NCBI RefSeq assembly: GCF_000143415.4 | Contig: NW_003314277.1 | Span: forward strand, 1,454,493-1,518,492 | Direction of reading: 5' to 3' | Origin: Selaginella moellendorffii | Taxonomy: Eukaryota > Plantae > Lycopodiophyta | DNA length: 64,000 bases | Shown here: positions 35,777-47,925 of the stretch, in pieces | Position numbering within the stretch: position 1 is the stretch's first letter | Layout of the letters: the number at the start of each line of letters is the position of its first letter | Program-made: the position numbers and the translations under genes | The notes under the pieces: model-generated | Told to the model about the DNA's origin: nothing | Databases searched by the model: none | The model's input: the letters and a program-made list of their open reading frames with translations, nothing else

Positions 35777-37934
35777 GGCTCTCCAGGTATGTGATATCTT
35801 ACTCACTTCTCCGCAATTTATTTTTTCGTTTCGCTTACTTGGATTTTTTATTTTTTCTCGTGCCATGGTTTGATTCTTGTGCTGATCTTGTTGTTGCTGC
35901 TAACGCCGTGCTAACTTCAACACAGTGTCGTTTTTTTTTGTTTGAATCTGCGCAGGCTGATGATAGTGATGATGATGAATTTGTGTTGTTTTACTAGCGC
36001 TACGCTGTCAACAAAGAAAAGAGAGAAAGACCAAAGTGGTGGTGGGCATGGTGGACATGGCGCTTCTAACGAGTTTGAGATTCGAGAATTCTTTCCAGGT
36101 GACGACTGACACAGTTGACACTATTAACGTTTTGTGTGTTCGTTTTTGTAGAGGTTTTTTCTTTAAAGTTTTTCCTTTCATAATCGTCTACTACAATGGT
36201 ATGACGCTTCTAAGGCTGTGAGTGATTAGCTTTCTCGCTGTGCTGTGCTAATCCTTTCCATGTTGTGTCTAACCTTGTACAGAGAATGCTCCCTTTTTTT
36301 TTCTTTTTTTTTTCTTTTTCTGGGTTGTAGCTAAACCATAGTTTTTTGTGTATTGTCACCGATGCTTGCTTGCAGCGCAGATCTTTCCAGCCGAAAGCAC
36401 GCTGAATCAATGAACCAACGAAAGTGGGTTGGAAAAGTGCCGCTGTAGTAGACATTTCTTTCTGGGTGATCCGCACGGGAGGAAAATTACAACTTGATTT
36501 AGGGTACTAGTTCTACTTTAAAGAAAAGGTAAAAAAGGTATAGGTATATCAAAACCAAAATTGCTTAGAAATGTAAACGCTTGATTTCAATCCTCTTATG
36601 ACTTGTCTACAAGATCACTATTTATTCCAATGATGCCATGGGATTTTGGCTGGATAGAAAATGATGTTGTCTCTGGAGCAGGGATCTGTGTGATCCCTCC
36701 CAAAATTCGTTCAAGAATCTCATTGGGCTACGAGCTGGAAAGAAGAGAAATGCACCCATCAAAGTGAAGGCGAAGAGTATAGTTAAAAGACGAGAACTTT
36801 GACATGGTGGTCTATAGAGAGAGCTATAGCCATAGAGCTGGGGAGTAAATGCAGGTTAGACAAGTATTATAAGTGAGGAAACTGACTGATGCCAAATCAT
36901 TGCAGGTTACATTATGAACGAGGCTTTTCTGCGGTACCCGAGCGAGTACCAGCTGCACACAGACTCTCACACATATATGCCTGATGCGGATAATTCAAAT
37001 TTAGAAGGCAGGCTTCAGATTTAGAAGCCGTTCGGCGGCGGGTTTAAAATACCAAGCCTGGCAGATTGTAAGGCCGAAGGAGCAAGGGAAGAAAAAAAAA
37101 GGAAAAAAAAGGGAGAGACAAATGTAGCAGCAAGCAGGACGAAAGTGCACAGGACGAAAGCTACGCAACTTTGATGGCGACTTTACGAGCGAGTGTGCGA
37201 ACGAGGGAGGCGCGCGAGCGCGAGCGACCGAGGGATCGTAAATGTTTACGAGCTTCTCTTGTACAAGTTGTTTGTTGCTTTGAGAGGGAGTGAAAAGAGC
37301 GAGCGGGATGGGGAGACTGACAGGCCGGTTTGGAAACGCTCCCTGGTTTGCAAATGGGCCAGATAAAGAGAAAGGCGAGTGGAAAGATGCCAAAGAAGCA
37401 GGACGAGCAGGGTGCAGGACTGTAGCTGAAAGCCCAAGTTGCAGAAGAGGTAAAGAGGGAGAGGCTTTTGAATTTTACCTCCTGTGGTGTTGGTGTTGCA
37501 TAAACCTGCTGCAGTGCTGCAAGAGTGTGTGTGTGTGTGTGTGTGTACTCACAATCCCCCATTTTTGAACTTCTGCTGCAAAAGGGCCAGAACATCACAA
37601 TCACATTTTTTCATTCCATGCTATATGTATTGAGACGTTGCAAGTACCTTTGGCTCGTTGCCTTCGCTTTCTCTTTGTCTGCAGAGGGGGACTGCTAAAA
37701 TACCTGTAAGACGATCTGGTGGTGATGGTGTTTATGGATTTCTTTCTTTTTTTTTTTTTATAGCACATTCATACCAGTAAACCGTTGCTCCTGGTGGATG
37801 CTTGCTTATCGATCCCAACAAAAGAGCACCCGCGTATCCAAACGTTAGGATTCCTTTCCCTGCCTGGACTAACTGAGGCCCCTGTAAACATTCCCGGAGA
37901 GATTAGCTCTAATAGCGATGGACGCGATGGACAA

Positions 37935-39532
37935 TCAGAGAGCTTGGAAAGAAAGAAATGCGATGACTCCAGTCCCAAGGACCACACACACCTGATATAA
38001 AAAGACATGGAAGGTGCAAGCAACACTACTACTGCTACTACTACTACGACTACTACTATACTACAAAAGACATTGAATTCAATGGCTTTACTGTCTCCAA
38101 GAAAATGGACCTCTGGCCTTACGGATTACTTTAATGATATCAGCAAAGGCCTTTCCTTCCAAGATTAAATGCACCTTCAGCATTTACAAATGCCTTGCAC
38201 AGCTACGCTGCTATTCCATACCAGATCAGCCCAAGCATAGCTATTCTTTTCCACAAACGTCAAGGCAGGCGCGCAAGAAAAAGAAGTCCTCCTCCTTCTG
38301 TGTGCTTGTGTGACTAAGTAGAAATAGAAATGCATGCATGGATAACGGTGGCAAAGTGAAGTGCGTCGTCCCAATGCTGCTGCTATGCTACTACTGCATA
38401 TGACTACTATATGCAAAATAACATCTAAAAAACGTAGACACGAGCAGCACAGCTTGGACAAATCATTTCACTTGACTCTAGAACTTCCCATGTCTCTCCA
38501 CCTTTGGAAAACACGCACCTTCAATGCGGCAGAGGAGCAGCAGGAGCAGTAGCAGCAGCGGCAGCAGCAGCAGCACAGGAATGGTATATGACACGGGCTT
38601 TATGGTTCCGAGGCACGCAAAAGGAAAAGATTCCTTGACAAATCAGTAGAGAATCGGTGAGCGAGGTTATATCAGCAACTGGAACTTAGATTTGGATACC
38701 TTCCAAGGTGTTGGAGGACTCGGAGGCCTGACTTTGAGATCATCCAGCTTGGGTGCTTTTCCCATCGCTTTCAGCTGAAATCGCTCTCCTTTCTGCATCC
38801 GGGTGGTAAGACGAGATAGTATCCAGTGGCATCAATGTACATATATATCTATGCATCTCACCATCACTCTTATCGGCTGGATAAAAATTGTAAACGTCAA
38901 CACGAGAAGGACAGCTAAAGGATTGCAGAAAAGAAAGGAAGCCATGAGCTTGAGTTTGCTGCTGCGCGGCGGTTTAGTATAGAAAACTGGGCAACTGCAA
39001 TGAAATCTCAGGCATATGTCCCGGGACAGGAATGCAAAATGCTAAACAAAATTCAGTAATCCAATCAGATATGTCGACCCTGCGAGCAGACAAATCATGC
39101 TCCAAATAATGCAAAATATGTGGATGCAGCGCATATACTATGTGCACTAGGGAGATCGGGCACTGTAAACAAAGGCAAGCAATGCGAAAAGTCTCCAGGC
39201 AAACCAGCTCGAAGGCAAGAGTTCTCTCTCTCAGACAAAAGTCTCCAGTGGCCCTCGATGAAACTCGGAGATGCATCACCAGGCAAGAAGAAAAGCGACT
39301 CCACTGCATCTATCAAAACCAGCAGGAATTAGATAGATTCAGCGAAGAGTATATACCATGGATACAAAAAGAAGAGGCGTGCCGGACGATCACTTGCTCC
39401 TCGCTGCATGCCTAGAGGACAAAAGCAAAATGGCACCGTCAAGGAATAGCCAAGTACGAAAAGATAAGAAATTTGGAACCAGGCACCTGTTCTTGAACAG
39501 TAAAGGACTTTGATAGATCCTTTTCTCACCAT
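37935..39532 (-). CDS. Candidate micropeptide gene (~51-55 aa, C-terminal TM) inside a long spliced transcript from ~40400 to ~36900
   Basis: Phase-0 exons ATG(39532-30)|PIRVM(38876-62)|KGERFQLKAMGKAPKLDDLKVRPPSPPTPWK(38792-00)|VCVVLGTGVIAFLSFQAL*(37991-35), all with GT-AG sites. Confidence 0.35.
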
Positions 39533-40769
39533 GCTGCGTGCGATGCGCGAATTGTGTAAGCTCCAAGCTCTGAATCGAGAATCAAACAGAAAACTTCTTG
39601 ACTGGTACCAGACTTGAATTTGGAAACAAGGGAACCTAGAGCACAAGCATACATCGATCTCCTCCAGACGAAAACAGACAAGAAACTCGAAATCCTTGGC
39701 GCAAATGCACAAATCCAAACCATCACAACGAGTCAAGACTAGCTTGCGTCCAAGCAGTGTTCTTCCTTTTCTCGAAACTTTTCGGAAACAGTGACTGCAA
39801 AGACTGGAATGGCGGTGGAAGGACGAAGGGAATCAAAGCAAGCAGCAAATTACAGTCTAGGTTCCCCTGTTACCAAGCTCAAACCTGTCACCACATTTTA
39901 ATCCAGCGACCATTGACAAGCTCAATCTCCTCTTGTGTTTTTATCGTTTTTCGCTCGCGACTGGATCTAGAATGCTGGTATCGCTCTAGCAGCAGCAGCA
40001 GCAGCAGCGAGGAGAGACGAGGAGCTTTGAAGGAAGTAAGCAAAGAGAAGGAAGAAGAAGAAGAAGGAATGGATGAAAGCCAGTATACCCGGATCCCGAA
40101 AATGCACACCCACACTCTCTCTTTTTTCCATGAGACAAACAAAAGAAAGAAAAACCTTCTTTCCACTTGAAGACGACGACGACGACGACGACGCTCTTCC
40201 CTCTCTCTCGCTCTTCCTCCCACACACTCACAGACAGACTTAAAGATTTATACTCACAAGAGAGGAACGGCACGGCACGGCACGGGCGAAGATCTTCACG
40301 CCTCCGACTAGAACAGCAAAACGGCGCCCTCGGGAATCTGTTGGCCTGGCCTAGTTCCAGCCTCCGCCACTGGCAGCGCTCTCTCTCTCTTTCTCTCTCT
40401 CTCTCGCTCGCCGCGCCTCGATCCCAGCGCAGGCATCCGGATTCCGGAATTTGGAAGGGGGGGAGCGCTGGCTGGCGCCTGTTCTTCCGCCCTGGCGTGT
40501 ACAATCGCGCGTAATATTCACGAGGCCCGCAGTAATGCGGCAGCGGAGGAAATCCTAGAAATCAGAGCGCGAGCCCGAGGCGAGGAGCAAGAAAGAGAGA
40601 TTAATCAATCAATCGCGAATCGAGCGAGGAATGGAGCGAGGCGGAATCAAGGCGGTGGACGGCCGCCCCCGGCGGGCGCTCGTCGCTAGGATTTTTGGCA
40701 ACAACGATGAGCAGCGTAATAACTCCGTCTAAGATTCCGCTAATCTAACGGCGCTCGCCGTCCGTACCG

Positions 40770-41335
40770 TGGCGCCACGCCACGTCCGCGCCCGACGTGG
40801 CGCGTGACGCGGCGGAGGATTGCGACCCGCGTGACGCCACGTGGCCGGGGCTTTATTTCCCGATTTTATCACCTGGCAGCCATGGCCAGGGAGGGAAAGC
40901 TTTCCCTTTTTGGGGGGCCGGGGTCACCACGTTTTGTGGCAAGTGTGTACCGTGGTGAGTGAAGTCACCGTGTATGTATTTCTGGTGTGGAGGACAGGGT
41001 ACAATGCCGGTGGGATTAGAGCGGCCAATTGGAATTTAGGGGCTAAGGCGGGGCTAATCTGGGGCATTAGAGCTAAACCGGGGGATTTTGCGGCTTTTTG
41101 TCCTTGCAGCTTGCATTTCAATTTGGGGTTGACGACTGGGCGAAAAGATTTGATATGAAAGCGCTGAGGAGATTGGACAACACCAAATAAAGTATAAAGG
41201 ACCCACCATCGCTATAGCAAGGTACAAATGTAGAAAATATACCTTCCACGTGGCGCAAATATGTCTAGCCACTTGGCCTACAAGCTGACGTGTTTTGGTG
41301 ACATGACACCGAATTTGAGGCACCACGTGGTGTAA
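40770..41335. promoter_or_regulatory. G-box/ABRE-rich divergent promoter between the micropeptide/lncRNA locus and mitoferrin
   Basis: GACGTGGC, GCCACGTGGCC, CCACGTGGC, TGACGTGT and palindromic CACCACGTGGTG. Confidence 0.5.
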
Positions 41336-41552
41336 GCTGTGCCGTCCATTTGAAAGATAGGGCTCCGGGTAAGGAGAAGAGGATTAGGGTTTTTATTCTA
41401 ACCTGCGCCGCGTGGTATCGGCATTGGCATCGGCAGCATTGGCGCGTGCTCGCTCGCGCGATCTCATGGTACGTTCCAGGGAAATCTCGGACGATCCATC
41501 GGTTTGATCTCTCTCGATTTTGGATCCTCTCAGGGCAGCAGCGCCATTGGGA

Positions 41553-42796
41553 ATGGCAGCAGAGGCAAATCTCCCGCTGTCCATCAGCGGCGCCGCCTAC
41601 GCTAGAGCAATGGCGCACGAGAAAGGTCCCCACGACGGCCTGGGATTTCGGCAATACATGCTGGCGGGATCCATCGCCGGCGTGGTAGAGCACACGGCAA
41701 TGTTCCCGGTCGACACTGTCAAGACGCGCGTCCAGATGCTATCGGCTCCTTCGTCCTGCCCGTGCGGCTCCCCAGTTCCATCGCTCACCAAGGCAGTGGG
41801 ATCGATCATGCGCCTGGAAGGTCTGGCGGGGTTCTACCGAGGATTGGGAGCCATGGTTCTCGGCGCTGGGCCGTCCCACGCGGTCTACTTTGGATGCTAC
41901 GAGTTCTTCAAGGAGAAGTTTGGAGGCAACCGCGATGGCCACCAGCCTCTAGTCCATATGGCGTCCGGGGCTTGCGCCACCGTCGCTAGCGACACGGTGC
42001 TCACGCCCATGGACGTGGTGAAGCAGCGGTTGCAGCTAAGCCGGAGTCCATACCAGGGGGTGGCGGACTGCGTTGCGAGGATTTACAGGAGCGAGGGGCT
42101 TGCGGGGTTCTACGCCTCGTACAGGACCACGGTTTTGATGAACATTCCGTTCACCGGGGTACACTTTGCGGCGTATGAGGCTGCCAAGAAGATCTTGTCC
42201 GAGTTGTATCCGGATCAGGCTGGGGACGATCACTTGTTGACGCATGTTGCCGCCGGTGGCACCGCCGGAGCGCTGGCGAGTGGGATCACTACTCCGTTTG
42301 ATGTTGTCAAGACGAGGCTCCAGTGCCAGGTATGTGTCTCTTTTGTCTCTGAGAAGCGAGTGTTTCATCAAGCTTTCCGTTGTTTCAGTTCCACTCTTCT
42401 TAGATGGGAGTTGAAAGTTTTGCTTTCACAGAGTTGTATTTTTTGTTTAGAGTTTATAGTGTTGGTTCTTGTGGTCTGGTTTAGCGTTTCTTTCTTGAGT
42501 TCTAGGATGCTTGTGCATGTAGATGAGTGTTCGTTTCGTATGCTAGTTTAGTTGCGATGGCTCTAAATTCTGGATGTGGCTGTTCTCAGGGTGTTTGCGG
42601 TGCAACCAAGTACTCAACCAGCTCCGTCACACAAGTGGTGAAGGAGATTGTTCGCCGTGAGGGCTCGGCGGCCCTGTTCAAGGGGTTAAAGCCTAGAGTT
42701 TTGTTTCACACTCCTGCGGCAGCCATCAGCTGGTCCACTTACGAAGCCGGTAAGAGCTTCCTGCAAAGTTGGAACGCGAGTCATGGCTCGGATTGA
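41553..42796 (+). CDS. Mitochondrial carrier, mitoferrin (MRS3/4-like) iron transporter; intron 42330-42589
   Basis: HDGLGFRQYMLAGSIAGVVEHTAMFPVDTVKTR, GAGPSHAVYF, PMDVVKQRLQ, MNIPFTGVHF, PFDVVKTRLQ and PAAAISWSTYE. Three PxD/ExxK/R repeats. Confidence 0.95.
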
Positions 42797-43221
42797 TGCC
42801 TCCCAGAGCATCACGAGATTCTTTGTATTGGCTCTTCGAAAATTTTGACACTGGAAATTTTACAGTTGTTTCTCGCACTTGGGAAGCAAATTATGAAAGA
42901 CTCACTGTTTGAAGTTGCAATACTTTGCCTACATTGTTCTTGCTTTATACTTTGAATCAAAAAAGCCTTAAAATTTTAAAGATGCGTGGCGTATAAACGT
43001 AGTGTTCTGTTTTGTTTTTCTTTTCTTTTCCTCGTTTCTTCATTTCTGGTATTCCAAGTGCGTGCAGCAAGCTAGAAACTCTGGTAAATCAAATTCCCTT
43101 TCTTTCATTCTTTCCAGTGCCAACAACGCGCTCACAGACAAACTCCGATGAGCGAGCGTGTAAGAAAAGCTTGTATATGATTCTTTGATCTAAGGTGAGA
43201 AGAAACATGTGGATCGATGGT

Positions 43222-43800
43222 CTAGAATGCTGGCCTTTTGCTCCTTGGCCTTGGCACCTTGTCTTTGGTCCAGGTACGCTTGCATGGCTTACAGTGGTAC
43301 CTCGGCTGCCCAGGCTTGTGATTGTTGAAATCGTAGAACCTCGTGCACCAGATGCGCCCACACCACGGGCAGTCGATTTGCTCGGGCAGCGTAGCCCTCA
43401 CCTTCGCTAGCAGAGCTCGCAGCTCGGGCGTCACCTTTGCGGACGCGTTCTTCCTCGTCTTGGCCTCACCACCACAGCTTTTCGAAGCCTTTGGCCGCTT
43501 GGGCTCGCTCGGAGTCTTGGGCCTCTTGGGCTCGCTCGAACTCTTTCTCTTGGGCTTGCTCGGAGTCGCTGGCCTCTCAGGCTCGCTCGAAATCTTGGGC
43601 TTGTTCGCGGGCTCTTTGGGCTTGACTCTCGCCGTCACCGGCTCTCCACACCAGTCGTCCATGGCGCAGAAGCTTTTGAGAGCTTCCGGGTCCCAAGGAG
43701 GGCAAGCCAAGCCTCCCTCGTACTCCCATCCGTCGCCTTGGACCTCGTCTTCCAGATCATCTAGCATGGGGATCTCTGCGTCCTGCGCCTTCCTCTTCAT
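43222..43800 (-). CDS. Atypical Dof-like C2C2 zinc-finger protein, copy 1 (intronless, finger at C-terminus)
   Basis: CPWCGRIWCTRFYDFNNHKPGQPRYHCKPCKRTWT resembles the Dof consensus CPRC..TKFCYYNNY…QPR.FCK.C.RYWT. SEPKRP repeats. Confidence 0.75.
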   Translation of the reverse strand: MKRKAQDAEIPMLDDLEDEVQGDGWEYEGGLACPPWDPEALKSFCAMDDWCGEPVTARVKPKEPANKPKISSEPERPATPSKPKRKSSSEPKRPKTPSEPKRPKASKSCGGEAKTRKNASAKVTPELRALLAKVRATLPEQIDCPWCGRIWCTRFYDFNNHKPGQPRYHCKPCKRTWTKDKVPRPRSKRPAF

Positions 43801-44936
43801 GATGCAATAAACCCTAGTGTACACATTCACATTTATACTTATTCTCAAAAAGGTGCCTTTTTAATTAGTTTAATTAAAATGAAAAGGATGAATTGTAGTA
43901 TTAATTATAATTATGCTAACTTTAAGCTTTAGTTGGAATGATGTTGTGAAATGGGAATCCACATTACACTTTCAGTCTTGAAAGGCAGTATTAATATTGA
44001 AGAGCATTTGGATCAAGAAAAGGCTTTGTATTTGGAAATTCCAGGCATGAAGCCATGCAAAACACCCATTGCTGATTTCCATGCTAACAGTAAAATAACT
44101 TTAAAAGCATAAGTAATTAAGATTTATCCTTAATGCAACTCCCTTTGATATTAAATCTTGCTATAATAACAACAAAAAGCCTCACAACTTTAATATTAAT
44201 ATAACTTGTGCAAATAAAATATAAATAAATATAGCAAGATTAAATTTGTGAAACTAGATAGACAAAAGAGAATAATAATTAATAGCACTACATTAAATAA
44301 AACTTAAGCCCACTCTTCATCCTAATATTTAGGCTGTGAGTGATGTTTTTTATATATTATAGAGATTAAAAGGTTAATTGCAAAGAAAAATTAATTTATA
44401 AATACATACTTGGCCATGAACACAATCTTTAGAATAATATATATAATTGTTAATTTAAAAAAGTAAAAGCTATATTTTTAGTTATTTTCTGAAGTTTTAA
44501 TTTAATTTTGAAAGAATTCTTTTTTTCAAAGTTCAAGATTACTCCTCCCACTTACTGTGGCTAGCTTATGGAGGGCAAACCAAATCCTTTTCCTCCATAT
44601 CCGCCAATTCATCTCGGCAATTAATATATTACTAGTAAATTACATACCATAACAATATAAAACAATAATAATAACTTTGGAAAGGTTTACTATAAGATCT
44701 TTCAATTTTGATACAAATCTTAAACATTAAATTTTAACTTCATTTCATGAATTCTTTAAAATTATTTTTCAAAATATTCTTGTGTTTTTTCTCAATGATA
44801 ATTTTACTCTATCAAAATCTTCCAAAATAACATATAAGTGCTGACTCCATTCAATATTTGTGGAAGCCAAATGCAACTTCTAAACTCTTGACAAGAAGCA
44901 ACATCCAAAAGTGCATCTCCCCAATACTCTATAAAT

Positions 44937-45770
44937 CTAGTTCACTGAGTGGCAGTACTTTCGAACCTGTCCACTCTGTCCTGTCAAGACATTGCTGGAC
45001 GTGAGCTTGACGAAAGCCGAAGAGAATGTGTCGAGGAAGAGCTGCTGGTTCGTAGAGAAGCGCGCTACCACGGGCGACGTGCGGCTGTCCAGCGCAAGCT
45101 CCGAATCGATGGTGAAGAGCCCCTGCCCGTTCATAAGGTCCCGGAAGTACTGGTTGTCAAAGACGAGGTTGGTCATATCGTTGTTGATCACTGTAATGTT
45201 GTTGAGCATCCGGGGATTGGCCGTCGGGCACTGGACTCTCAGCCGGCTCGCAAACAGGAGGCCGATCTTACTGTCCTGGTTTGGATAGAGCCGATTCACA
45301 ATGTTGACGCAGTGCCCGACTCCAATTGTGTGAGCTCCTGGAATGCAAAAGTACAGAAGTTCGGATCAATCGTCCTTGGAAAGTGTCCTGGAAAGAAAAG
45401 CCTTTGAGACGTACCGATGATTGCAACGCTTTCGTCGAGAGAGAGGCCCTTGGATGCGAAGAGGCTGATGAAGTTGTCGACGCTTACGGTTGCCGGAGGC
45501 AAGAGCCTGTCGGCTGCGGCGTTGGAAGCGGCTGTGCCGTCTCTTCTTCCTGTGAGCACGGGGATGGTCGGGCCTCCGGTGAAGACGATGGATTCTCTGG
45601 CCACCAGAACGATGATGTCCGCGCACGAGACGACTCCCGGACAGGCGGCCTCCAGCATCGACTTGATCCTGTCGATGAAATCCAAGCGGCGGATGCCAAA
45701 GTTCTTGTCCGAGTCTCTTTCGCTTTTGATGGAACCTTTCGAGTCGAGCAAGATGGACGCGTCGCAACCC
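44937..45770 (-). pseudogene. 5'-truncated class III peroxidase copy (exons 2-3 only)
   Basis: Protein-identical to 47926-48758 but lacks exon 1 (signal peptide and RLAFHDC with the distal His), because the duplication breakpoint lies in intron 1. Confidence 0.9.
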
Positions 45771-46145
45771 TGTAGAACAAAACGTATAAAAACGTATAAA
45801 CGTACAGTTGTTTCTCGCACTTGGGAAGCAAATTATGAAAGACTCTACTGTTTGAAGTTGCAATACTCTGCCTTACATTGGTCTTGCTTTATACTTTGAA
45901 TCAAAAAAGCTTTAAAATTTTAAAGATGCGTGGCGTATAAACGTAGCGTTCTGTTTTCTTTTCTTTTCCTCGTTTCTTCATTTCTGGTATTCCAAGTGGG
46001 TGTAGCAAGCTAGAAATTCTGGTAAATCAAATTCCCCTTCGTTCTTTCTTTCGCCAACAACGCGCTCACAGACAAACTCCGATGAGCGAGCGTGTAAGAA
46101 AAGTTTGTATATGATTCTTTGATCTAAGGTGAGAAGAAACATCGT

Positions 46146-46775
46146 CTAGAATGCTGGCCTTTTGCTCCTTGGCCTTGGCACCTTGTCTTTGGTCCAGGTA
46201 AGCTTGCATGGCTTACAGTGGTACCTCGGCTGCCCAGGCTTGTAATTGTTGAAATCGTAGAACCTCGTGCACCACATGCGCCCACACCACGGGCAGTCGA
46301 TTTGCTCGGGCAGCGTAGCCCTCACCTTCGCTAGCAGAGCTCGCAGCTCGGGCGTCACCTTTGCGGACGCGTTCTTCCTCGTCTTGGCCTCACCACCACA
46401 GCTTTTCAAAGCCTTTGGCCGCTTGGGCTCACTCGGAGTCTTGGGCCTCTTGGGCTCGCTCGAAATATTTGGCCGCTTGGGCTCGCTCGGAGTCTTGGGC
46501 CTCTTGGGCTCGCTCGAACTCTTTCTCTTGGGCTTGCTCGGAGTCGCTGGCCTCTCGGGCTCGCTCGAAATCTTGGGCTTGTTCGCGGGCTCTTTGGGCT
46601 TGACTCTTGCCGTCACCGGCTCTCCACACCAGTCGTCCATGGCGCAGAAGCTTTTGAGAGCTTCCGGGTCCCAAGGAGGGCAAGCCAAGCCTCCCTCGTA
46701 CTCCCATCCGTCGCCTTGGACCTCGTCTTCCAGATCATCGAGCATGGGGATCGCGTCCTCTGCCTTCCTCTTCAT
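46146..46775 (-). CDS. Atypical Dof-like zinc-finger protein, copy 2 (extra 18-aa repeat unit)
   Basis: CPWCGRMWCTRFYDFNNYKPGQPRYHCKPCKLTWT, with an additional NISSEPKRPKTPSEPKRP. Confidence 0.75.
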   Translation of the reverse strand: MKRKAEDAIPMLDDLEDEVQGDGWEYEGGLACPPWDPEALKSFCAMDDWCGEPVTARVKPKEPANKPKISSEPERPATPSKPKRKSSSEPKRPKTPSEPKRPNISSEPKRPKTPSEPKRPKALKSCGGEAKTRKNASAKVTPELRALLAKVRATLPEQIDCPWCGRMWCTRFYDFNNYKPGQPRYHCKPCKLTWTKDKVPRPRSKRPAF

Positions 46776-47925
46776 GATGCAATAAACCCTAGTGTACACA
46801 TTCTGGGTCCACACATTTATACTTATTCTCAAAAAGGTGCCTTTTTAATTAGTTTAATTAAAATGAAAAGGATGACTTGTAATATTAATAAAAATATTAA
46901 TTATAATTATGTCAACTTTAAATTTAGTTGGAATGATGCTGTGAAATGGGAGTTTGTATTGCACTTTTGGTCTTGCAAAGTAATATTAATACTGAAGAGC
47001 ATTTGGATAAAAAAAAGCCTTGCATTGGAAATTCCAAGCATGAAGCCATGCAAAACACTTATCACTAATTGTGGATTTCCATGCTAACAGCAAGAGAATT
47101 TTAAAGGCATAATTAATTAAGAGTTATCCTTAATACAACTCCCTTAGATATTAAATTTTGCTATAATAACAACAAAAAGCCTCACAACTTTAATATTAAT
47201 ATAACTTGTTCAAATAAAATATAAATAAATATAGCAAGATTAAATTTGTGAAACTAAATACACAAAAGGGAATAATAATTAATAGTAAAACTTAAACCCA
47301 CTCTTCATCCTAACAATTATGCTGTGAGTTATGTTTTTGTATGTTATAGATATTAAGAAGGTTAATTACAAAGAAAATTTAATTTATAAATGACCATAAT
47401 ATCTTTAGAATAATATATATAATTGTTAATTTAAAAAATTTAAAGTTACATTTTTAGTATTTTTTAAAGTTTTAATTTAATTTTGAAAGAAATTTAATTT
47501 ATTTTTTCTTCAAAGTTCAAAATTACACCTCCCATTGACTTTACTTTACATTTACTTTGGTTGGCTTATGGAGGGCAACCCAAACCCATATCTGCCAATG
47601 AATTGTCTATCTCGATAATTAATATATTGTTAATAAATTACATAATATAACAATATAAAATAATAAGAATAAAATTTGGAAAAATTTATTTAAAGATTTT
47701 GATACAACTTTAAACATTAAATTTTAAATTCATTTCATAAATTCTTTAAATTTATTTTTCAAATTTGTTTTGTATTTTTTCTCAATGATAATTTTACTCA
47801 AACAAAATCTTCCAAAATAACATATAAGTGCTGACTCCATACAATATTTGTGGAAGCCAAATGCAACTTCTAAACTCTTGACAAGAAGCAACATCCAAAA
47901 TGGCGTCTGCTAATACTCTATAAAT

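Noticed and set aside
34079-35866. 595-aa antisense ORF over SF1
   Set aside because: Same GC3 shadow effect; Arg/Leu/His-rich sequence with no motifs.
38114-38152. GGCCTT…AAGGCC stem enclosing ATGAT/TCAG, considered as a C/D snoRNA
   Set aside because: Too short, and the boxes are incomplete or in the wrong order.
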